Of a stretch of 64,000 nucleotides of DNA, positions 57,101 through 64,000 are shown in pieces. The notes under the pieces are model-generated. The model made no database searches and had not been told where the DNA came from. It saw only the letters and a program-made list of their open reading frames with translations. The stretch's first letter is position 1, and every line of letters starts with the position of its first letter. Position numbers and translations under genes: made by a program. The stretch comes from a virus. The stretch is from the IMG/VR virus record IMGVR_UViG_3300021197_001769. One strand, given 5' to 3'.

Positions 57101-57988
57101 ATGGCCAAGAATAATAGAAGAATTTTCAATCAAATCGGAAGAGCACAAGTCACTGGTTTAGTTGATAAAAATAATAATAGTTTATTAGCTGATTCTGAAT
57201 CAAGTGGTATTGTATCTTTTGATAACGTACGAATTAACGGAGAGCTAAAAGTATACGGTAATCAAACTACCGTTAATTCTGTAACATTAAATGTAGCAGA
57301 TAAAAATATTGTTTTAGCAAAAGGTGCATATGATTCTGATTCATATGACAATGTAGGTATTACTGTTGCAGATAGTGATGCATTATTTGAAAGAGGTACT
57401 TCTCCTACATTACAATATAATGCTCAAAGAGATGCTTGGATTGCTAATAGAAAAATATTAGTTAATACTAACAAAGAAGCAGCTACAGATTCAGACGCAA
57501 CAGTTACTATTGGTGGTTTTAGTACTCAATTAGCAGCTAATACTAAATTTGCTGACTTAGTTGCTAGAGCAGATTCAGATACAATTAAAGTATCTTCTCT
57601 TCAAACTTTTGTTAATAAGTTAAGAATTGATTTAGATTCAGATACTTCTAAACTTCAGTCACTTGATACTACAATAGGTTCAATTAAAGCTAAATTAGAT
57701 TCTGATAGTAACAGACTACAAGCAATAAGTACTGAGTTTAAAGCTAGATTAGATTCTGATACAACTAGAATAAGTTCTATAAATCGTCAATTGAATATTA
57801 ATACTGCTAACATTCAAAGTATTACTCTAGACTCAGATGGTGTTGTGAATATGTTCAATGAGCATTCATTAATTAACATTACTGCTGATTCAGATATTCT
57901 AAAGCCGCTCTTTAGAAAAGTTATGAACGACTTTACAATAAGAGATGTTGGTAATAATATAGTATTCAGCTTCTTCGACGAAACTTAA
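57101..57988 (+). CDS. Fibre-like structural protein with LDSD coiled-coil repeats
   Basis: INGELKVYGNQTTVNS..LNVADKNIVL phage fibre motif; about 10 DS[DE]. Confidence 0.7.
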   Translation: MAKNNRRIFNQIGRAQVTGLVDKNNNSLLADSESSGIVSFDNVRINGELKVYGNQTTVNSVTLNVADKNIVLAKGAYDSDSYDNVGITVADSDALFERGTSPTLQYNAQRDAWIANRKILVNTNKEAATDSDATVTIGGFSTQLAANTKFADLVARADSDTIKVSSLQTFVNKLRIDLDSDTSKLQSLDTTIGSIKAKLDSDSNRLQAISTEFKARLDSDTTRISSINRQLNINTANIQSITLDSDGVVNMFNEHSLINITADSDILKPLFRKVMNDFTIRDVGNNIVFSFFDET

Positions 57989-58428
57989 GATAAAAATAAC
58001 GTTCTTTCGTCTTTTCTTCTCTTAACTAGACCAGGAAGAACTCTTCCTGCTGCTTTTCTCCACTTAGGGAACTCATCAGCAGCTCCTTCATAGTCGCCTC
58101 TATTAAGTTTTCTTCTTAGAGTACTTGCTTGTAGATTACCATTACCGACATTGAATGCAAAACAAACTAATGCATCAAATTGATTTTGATTTAAAGAAAC
58201 TGTAATAAGAGCATCTACACCGTTTTCAAATCTTGCTATATCTTTTCTTAGCAATTCATCTACTTCAGCATCGGTTCTTTTTCTATTCCAGTCTTTAGGT
58301 CTAGTTTTACCATTACCCATTAAATGACCTACTCCTACAGTCCATAAACCAATAGGATCTTGATAGGGCATATTTCTAACACCTTCATGATGTTTAATTA
58401 GCTTTACACAATTATCGCTTATTCTCAT
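57985..58428 (-). CDS. Lysozyme/endolysin (GH24)
   Basis: LIKHHEG....Y.D..G.WTVGVGH catalytic E-D-T; QNQFDALV.F.FNVG; GLVKRR..E..LF. Confidence 0.96.
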   Translation of the reverse strand: MRISDNCVKLIKHHEGVRNMPYQDPIGLWTVGVGHLMGNGKTRPKDWNRKRTDAEVDELLRKDIARFENGVDALITVSLNQNQFDALVCFAFNVGNGNLQASTLRRKLNRGDYEGAADEFPKWRKAAGRVLPGLVKRRKDERTLFLS

Positions 58429-58439
58429 TTAACACTCCA

Positions 58440-58694
58440 TCAAAACGGTTTCAATTCACTCTTCTGAACATCTATAAAGTTAATAATTTCATTTTTATTA
58501 TCTACTTCTACATTTAATTTTTTACACGCTATTCTCATAGTTCCTTTATATTCACTAGCACCAGGAGCTTTAACATTACGTGTAATTGTACGTTTAGCTT
58601 TAAGACACTCACTTAGTCCGTCTCGAACAGAAAATTCTTGTAACTGTAGTGGGCTACCAAAAAACATTAACAAAACTATAGCTTCTTTAATCAA
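58440..58694 (-). CDS. Hypothetical protein (CLKAKR paralog 1)
   Basis: 84 aa, TTG start, hydrophobic N-term, SECLKAKR...ACKK. Confidence 0.65.
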   Translation of the reverse strand: MIKEAIVLLMFFGSPLQLQEFSVRDGLSECLKAKRTITRNVKAPGASEYKGTMRIACKKLNVEVDNKNEIINFIDVQKSELKPF

Positions 58695-58696
58695 AA

Positions 58697-58966
58697 TTAC
58701 CCGCCTAATTTTTCCGTGACGCTTTTAGCTTTCACTCTAGGGTTTTCGTCAGTATCTAATAAACGGATAATATAATCTTTACCATTTTTATCTTTACCAA
58801 CTTCTACTAGTCTTTTTTGACAAGTGTATCTAAATGGTTTTTCACCATCATAACTTTTTTCTTGTGATCGTTTTGCTTTTAAACAATCAACCATTTTATG
58901 ATGGCCAACGTGTGATTCAATTGCGCCGTTTACATACAATAAAAGTGTTATACATACCATTTCCAT
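58697..58966 (-). CDS. Hypothetical protein (CLKAKR paralog 2)
   Basis: 89 aa, hydrophobic N-term, DCLKAKR...TCQK. Confidence 0.65.
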   Translation of the reverse strand: MEMVCITLLLYVNGAIESHVGHHKMVDCLKAKRSQEKSYDGEKPFRYTCQKRLVEVGKDKNGKDYIIRLLDTDENPRVKAKSVTEKLGG

Positions 58967-58969
58967 TTT

Positions 58970-59392
58970 TCAGTGTCCATTCTTTTTTCTAATTTCTAAT
59001 TGAGTATCTTTAATTTTCTCAATTGCTTCTTCTAAAGAGTTTATTCTTTTCTCATAAAACTCTAATGTCAATTTTTGCTGTTGATCAAATGGTGCTTTAC
59101 CTGATTCAATTTCATTTGTTAGTTTTTCTAACTCACCAGCCAAATGTTCAATAAGCATAAATTGTTCATTATCAGAGGGTAAAGTACCCATTTCACCTCT
59201 TGGCCATTTTATACGGAATTCTGTATTCTGTACCAAGTCAGCTTTAATCAATTGTTGTTGTATTTCAATAGCATTTAATCTTTCTGTAATACCGAAGTAG
59301 CCCCAAGTTGCAAGAGCAGTAATAAAAATCATACTTACAATATTACGTAAAGGTAATGCTACCTCTGTTCCTTCATTAATTTTAGTCGCCAT
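58970..59392 (-). CDS. Single-TM coiled-coil membrane protein
   Basis: One hydrophobic helix (IVSMIFITALATWGYFGI) then a coiled coil; AAGGA RBS. Confidence 0.65.
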   Translation of the reverse strand: MATKINEGTEVALPLRNIVSMIFITALATWGYFGITERLNAIEIQQQLIKADLVQNTEFRIKWPRGEMGTLPSDNEQFMLIEHLAGELEKLTNEIESGKAPFDQQQKLTLEFYEKRINSLEEAIEKIKDTQLEIRKKNGH

Positions 59393-59416
59393 AATATAAT
59401 TTTCCTTTAGCTAAAG

Positions 59417-59866
59417 TTAACGTTTAATAGCACGAGAACCAAACCAAAAACTAATAATAGCCGCAAAAATGGACGACGTTTCTTCGGACCAAAGCGTTGA
59501 TGCGACGATACTAATGTCCCCACCATCTCGTAAAACCACATAAGCTGCAACTCCTTCTGCAAAAAAGAAGAGTACGAAAAATAAATATGTAATTATAGGT
59601 CGTACAGAACTTCTTAGATTATGAACCCAAGTAGATGCATTCTTCGCTGTTTGCGTATCATGTTCTAGTAGAGCTAGATCTCTTTGAGTTTCATTAGCTG
59701 CATCCATCATTTCTGCTTTCACAGCTAACATTTTTTCTTCTCGTTCTATCTGTAAAGCCATGACTTTTAATTCTTGTGCTTTATCAGATTTGTCTTGCAT
59801 AAAATCTAAAAGTTTAGGTACAAAAGAAGTACTGAATCCTAATAGAGATGATAATAATGTAAGCAT
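59417..59866 (-). CDS. Putative holin (3TM/GTA-holin-like)
   Basis: ASTWV..LRSSVRPIITY, TM helices, C-terminal FWFGSR. Confidence 0.75.
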   Translation of the reverse strand: MLTLLSSLLGFSTSFVPKLLDFMQDKSDKAQELKVMALQIEREEKMLAVKAEMMDAANETQRDLALLEHDTQTAKNASTWVHNLRSSVRPIITYLFFVLFFFAEGVAAYVVLRDGGDISIVASTLWSEETSSIFAAIISFWFGSRAIKR

Positions 59867-59869
59867 AGT

Positions 59870-62248
59870 TTATTCCTTTGTTTCAAATACTACCGGCGGA
59901 AGTAACGCCCTTATCTTTTCAAAAATTGGTCCGGCTGCTTTAGAGTTTCTTAAGTTCACTTCAAAACTTAATATTACGGACGCTATTGCTACATTTCTAT
60001 CGTTTTCTGTAGCTATACCTTCTGGAGCTAATTGATAAGCTGCCAATCTCTTCATTCTTTCTAAATGTTCTTTATCTTCATCGCTAGAATATTTAACCCA
60101 TAACTTATCAGTTTTTGCATTTTCTAGATCTTTCCTACATGAAGTAGGTTCAACTGATGCAGATAAATCTTTTTCTCCTACTTCAATGAATAGTTTTACT
60201 ACTTCTTCTGCTACAGCTACAACTTCAGTACATTGCCATACATCACTAGCTAAGTATTTGTTAGCGACTAAAGTCTTATCATTAATAGCAGCTGGTCTAA
60301 ATTTCTCAAAAAAATTAGCTTCTGCTTCTGAAGCACCACCTTGTTCAATTAATTTTCTAGCACTTATCTTTTTTTCCTTACATTTCTTTGCTAAGGATTT
60401 GAATTCAGGTAAAGTTTTTAAACGTTTATATTCAATATCATTAGCAGCTATTTTTGGATCCCAATAAGCAGCGTTTATAGCTCCTAACTTTTTTAAGAAA
60501 TCTTGATGCATTCTTTTTACTTTATACCCAGATCCTATATCATTATAAGGTACACCACTAGTATCAGTAAAGGTTTTTTCTTTAGGAGCTCTTTCGATAG
60601 GTTTAGCTTCAGGAACAGTTTTAGGAGGTGCTAAATTAAATTTAGTTATTTTAGAAGATATTGGTACACCATTTGCTATATCTAATTTAGAAAGAGGAGG
60701 TATCTTTAATTTAATTTTAGGGATGTCAGTACAAGTATTCAAAGTTCTAGAACTGAAAGCTTCACCTGGTTTAATTTCAGGGCCCTTATAAGTATAAGTT
60801 ACTTTTATTTCTGCAAATTCGCTAGATACAGTTACTTTATTTCCAGACTTTTTAAAATTTCTTTCATTAAAGAAAAAATTTGTATCAGGTTTACGTACTT
60901 CTACTACTTGAATTTCTACAGGAGTCTTACTTAAAGTAACACTTCTAATTAATGGACCTGGTACTTTATCACTTACTCTACTTCCAGCTCTATCAATTTC
61001 AGTTAAATTTGGTGTTGAAGGTCTCATTGATGTTATTGATAACAGACCGGTCAATGCAGTTGTAGGGTCAGTATTTTTAGCTTTAGTAAGATCAAAACTA
61101 GCTGGTAATCCAGGAATGGATCCTCCGGTTTTTTGTAAGTCTAAACCTTTATTAAAAGCACCAGTTATATCCCCTGATGTTAAAGATTTAACTGCCCCTT
61201 CAACGCTAGTACCTGCTGCTGATTTATTAGCTAAATCACTCGCCATTGACATTGTTTTACCAAAGTCAAGTTTACTTATATCTAAACCACCAGCTCCTGA
61301 TGCACCTTGAAATTGTTTAAGAATATTACCTGCAGGTCCAGATGTGTCAGCTCCTTGTAATGCATTGTTAATATCTGCCTGATGAGAGCCCATTAAACCT
61401 TTTACTTTAGCTGAATCTAGACTTTTCAAATCATTAGTAGTGAAATTTTTATCTTTAGTAACTTTAGCTAGAATTTGATTTATATCAAAGTTTCCATTAG
61501 CGCCTTTAGCAACAGATGAAGTACCCGGTACTGTATATTTTACTTTAACTTCTTTATACACTTTTTCTTTATCAGGCTCACCAGGTACATATAATTGAAC
61601 TACATTACCTATTAGTTTATAACTTCTTGTACCGAAGAAAATATTAGTTCCTTCTTTCATAACAAATACTTTTACTATTTGCAAAGGTGTGTCATCTAAG
61701 TTAACTGTACTTGTATTTTTATCTCTTTTTTCAACTACAACGCTACTAGGTTGTGGGGTACTTGCACCATACAAATTTTGCATTTCAGTTGCTTTAGCCA
61801 TAAATGAATTTATATCTTTTACACCTTTTAATTTATCAACATCTTTTTGTAGATCAAAAGTTTTACTTCCATCAGGTACTAAAGATATGCATTTTATTAC
61901 ACCATACTCTTCAGCAGTTACGATTTGTTTTTCGCCACTTTCATCTTTAGTTTCTAATTTAAAATCAGTTACTAAGAAAAATATACTAGATCCTACTTTA
62001 GAAGCTTTTACTTCTTTTACTAAAAGTAAATTTTCAGGAACATCACAAGTAGTTCCTCCACCTTGAGTAGGTACTTCAATAACTTTTTGAGGAATCTTAA
62101 AACCTTTTTTAGCAGAGACTTTTTGCAAAAGACTACTTTGTTGAAGAGTGCCAAGCATAGACTTGCCTAACTTCATATTGTTCATCATATCTTTCTGAAC
62201 GTCTTTAATCTCTTCTTTATTTAAACTTTTTCCACAAACTAATGGCAT
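59870..62248 (-). CDS. Large Lys-rich hypothetical protein with internal repeated domain
   Basis: 792-aa ORF directly after gp5; family not recognised. Confidence 0.6.
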   Translation of the reverse strand: MPLVCGKSLNKEEIKDVQKDMMNNMKLGKSMLGTLQQSSLLQKVSAKKGFKIPQKVIEVPTQGGGTTCDVPENLLLVKEVKASKVGSSIFFLVTDFKLETKDESGEKQIVTAEEYGVIKCISLVPDGSKTFDLQKDVDKLKGVKDINSFMAKATEMQNLYGASTPQPSSVVVEKRDKNTSTVNLDDTPLQIVKVFVMKEGTNIFFGTRSYKLIGNVVQLYVPGEPDKEKVYKEVKVKYTVPGTSSVAKGANGNFDINQILAKVTKDKNFTTNDLKSLDSAKVKGLMGSHQADINNALQGADTSGPAGNILKQFQGASGAGGLDISKLDFGKTMSMASDLANKSAAGTSVEGAVKSLTSGDITGAFNKGLDLQKTGGSIPGLPASFDLTKAKNTDPTTALTGLLSITSMRPSTPNLTEIDRAGSRVSDKVPGPLIRSVTLSKTPVEIQVVEVRKPDTNFFFNERNFKKSGNKVTVSSEFAEIKVTYTYKGPEIKPGEAFSSRTLNTCTDIPKIKLKIPPLSKLDIANGVPISSKITKFNLAPPKTVPEAKPIERAPKEKTFTDTSGVPYNDIGSGYKVKRMHQDFLKKLGAINAAYWDPKIAANDIEYKRLKTLPEFKSLAKKCKEKKISARKLIEQGGASEAEANFFEKFRPAAINDKTLVANKYLASDVWQCTEVVAVAEEVVKLFIEVGEKDLSASVEPTSCRKDLENAKTDKLWVKYSSDEDKEHLERMKRLAAYQLAPEGIATENDRNVAIASVILSFEVNLRNSKAAGPIFEKIRALLPPVVFETKE

Positions 62249-62256
62249 TGTTCTCT

Positions 62257-63660
62257 CTAATTATTAGGTGTTGAAGTTTCGGTTCCATGTAATGCGTGAG
62301 CAGGATCTGTATGAGTATGACTAGTTAGAGTTATACCTGTACCTCCTCCATTTTTAGCAGTTACTTCACTTCCATTTCCGTTAAACGCTAATGTAGCTAC
62401 TCCTGTTACGGTTTCATCTTTCGTTCCCGTTACAGTTTGAGTTTCATTACCTCCTATAGTAGTAGTGACATTAGTATCTACTTCTGTAATCATATTAGCA
62501 GGTGTATCAATCTTTATATCTTCTTTAGCAGTTACTTTATATTCACTTTCAGTAAAATTAGTAAACATATTTTTTGAATAGATATTAGTTCTATTATCTG
62601 TGTACAAGAAATAATCGCTATCTATGTATAAAGTATTAGTAGCTCCTACAGTAGTGTCTCTTCTTCTTACTACATCTCTTGTTTCATCATTACCTATTCT
62701 AGTAGCATAATCTTCAGCTATATTAGCAGAGTAATCTTGATCGATTTCCATATTAAGAGAGTTACCTATCTTAATTTGTTTATCTCCTGCAATATCTTCT
62801 GTATAATTACCATCTACTTCTAAGTGATAATTACCTTCTACTTTTAATCTCATATCTTTTCTGATAGTCATGTTCATATCACCTTTGACTATCATATTAT
62901 TATCTTCAAAAATTACTTCAAAATTATCACCTACTACTCTTACAGTTCTAGTTCCATCTGCAATTATTTCTTCATAGGTACCTGCAGTATGATATTGTAA
63001 TAAACTTTCATTGTTAGGAGTATCATTTACCTCAAATATATGACCTCTTTCAGTTTCTTTAACTTTATTATATGGATAGTCTGGGAGACTACCGCCGTAA
63101 GGGTATGGTTGATCCCACTTTACAGCTTCATAATAAGATGAATCTTTATCTGGAGCTACGGATGTAACCTTAGGAGGTGATGCTGTATCTACACTTTCGA
63201 CTCTTGTATTAAGTCTGTCTAAATGATTATCAGTTTCTTCTACATTAATTTTTTGAGCATTAAAAGGAACATCATTTTCTCTAGTACCTGGTCCTGCAAC
63301 TCTTACAGGATTGACTCCCATAGGGTCATTGAATCCTTTAGTCTGATCCACTTCACCTGGAATCTCTCCATGAAAAGTTCCCATAACAAACGGCTGTTGC
63401 ATATTAGCACCATCAGTAAAGAAACCTACAACTGTTGAACCTTGAGCTATACCAGTAGGTGAATCTCCTATACCTGCAACCGAAGCTGATGTAACAGGCA
63501 TCATTACTTGTGCCCAAGGTAGACTATCAGTAGGTATTGCATTCTTATCAGCTGAGTGTATACTATAACATCTTACTCTAACTCTCCCCATTTCCATAGG
63601 GTCGTTTCTGTCTTCTACTACTCCTATAAACCATGTAAAATTATTTCCAAAATAACTCAT
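62257..63660 (-). CDS. gp5: Baseplate hub/spike protein (no lysozyme domain)
   Basis: WFIGVVEDRNDPMEMGRVRVRC, LPWA, VVGFF.DG..QQP.VMG, YPYNKV.ETERGH..E..DTP, beta-helix repeats, C-terminal HTH. Confidence 0.96.
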   Translation of the reverse strand: MSYFGNNFTWFIGVVEDRNDPMEMGRVRVRCYSIHSADKNAIPTDSLPWAQVMMPVTSASVAGIGDSPTGIAQGSTVVGFFTDGANMQQPFVMGTFHGEIPGEVDQTKGFNDPMGVNPVRVAGPGTRENDVPFNAQKINVEETDNHLDRLNTRVESVDTASPPKVTSVAPDKDSSYYEAVKWDQPYPYGGSLPDYPYNKVKETERGHIFEVNDTPNNESLLQYHTAGTYEEIIADGTRTVRVVGDNFEVIFEDNNMIVKGDMNMTIRKDMRLKVEGNYHLEVDGNYTEDIAGDKQIKIGNSLNMEIDQDYSANIAEDYATRIGNDETRDVVRRRDTTVGATNTLYIDSDYFLYTDNRTNIYSKNMFTNFTESEYKVTAKEDIKIDTPANMITEVDTNVTTTIGGNETQTVTGTKDETVTGVATLAFNGNGSEVTAKNGGGTGITLTSHTHTDPAHALHGTETSTPNN

Positions 63661-64000
63661 TCGTACGCTCCGTTAGATGCTGACTCCCTTATACATTGTA
63701 AAACTGTAAAAGATGTTTTACTTGTAAATACTTGTCTCTTTGACATAGTAACATATTTACCAGACAATGCATAGTCAGTTATATCTTGTCCTTCTCTAGG
63801 TGATGCTTGTGGTATTTTAATTTCAATTAATTGACCTATATCAGTAATAGGATTACCAGGAATTGTGATATCTAATATATTGTTGCTTTTTCTATAATTA
63901 GTTTTTGTAATTCTACTTACGTCATTTAACTTATCTAATCTTTTAGCTTCATCATCAGAAAATCTAGAAATAGAATCCATTCTCTTTCCTATTCCAGGTG
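63657..64000 (-). CDS. Baseplate hub/tail protein, C-terminal fragment (runs off window end)
   Basis: Frame stays open to the window edge; ITIPGN...GQLIEIKIP...LSGKY typical of the gp27-like gene preceding gp5. Confidence 0.7.
   Translation of the reverse strand, partial: PGIGKRMDSISRFSDDEAKRLDKLNDVSRITKTNYRKSNNILDITIPGNPITDIGQLIEIKIPQASPREGQDITDYALSGKYVTMSKRQVFTSKTSFTVLQCIRESASNGAYE

Noticed and set aside
58440-59392. Specific host assignment (e.g. SAR11/Pelagibacter) from low GC and small-gene types
   Set aside because: Suggestive only; it cannot be supported without database comparison
15732-63774. Other short overlapping ORFs (15732..16016, 17694..17894, 20004..20258, 20110..20292, 22863..23066, 30529..30738, 42702..43001, 50972..51157, 54933..55133, 59760..60035, 60186..60467, 61116..61310, 61689..62066, 63223..63438, 63556..63774), including as RiPP precursors
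   Set aside because: All are nested in or antisense to stronger genes, and none shows leader/core organisation
1-64000. tRNA, rRNA, integrase, transposase, reverse transcriptase/DGR or stop-codon recoding
   Set aside because: Intergenic gaps are nearly all under 100 nt with no cloverleaf seen, no such protein motifs were found, and genes are full length under the standard code

Overview
A 64-kb, AT-rich segment of a T4-like myovirus genome, probably from an aquatic or marine heterotroph phage. It carries the virion morphogenesis region, almost all on the minus strand. In transcription order: partial hub protein, gp5, a lysis cassette (holin, GH24 lysozyme), SleB-like hydrolase, gp25, gp6, gp7, gp8, a VrlC/DUF4815-like protein split in two around a fatty-acid desaturase, gp14, gp15, fibre-like proteins, terminase gp16/gp17, more fibre-like proteins, tail sheath gp18 and the start of tail tube gp19. 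Between gp15 and gp16 is a ~21-kb enzyme island: 8 radical SAM proteins, a SufT/DUF59 Fe-S assembly factor, 3 glycosyltransferase-like proteins, methyltransferase-like, kinase-like and QueC-like proteins, and a convergent operon of a desaturase, a GNAT-like protein, a TauD-like dioxygenase and 5 Asp-beta-hydroxylase-like cupins. The strongest unexplained signal is the tripeptide Asp-Ser-Asp/Glu (DSD/DSE). I count roughly 140 copies by eye in about 17 virion proteins, written with mixed Ser codons, and none in the terminase or enzyme island. Both enzyme operons lie downstream of T4-type late-promoter motifs. My inference is a phage-encoded system that post-translationally modifies its own virion surface at a DSD/E sequon. 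All calls come from motif recognition; no database searches were run.
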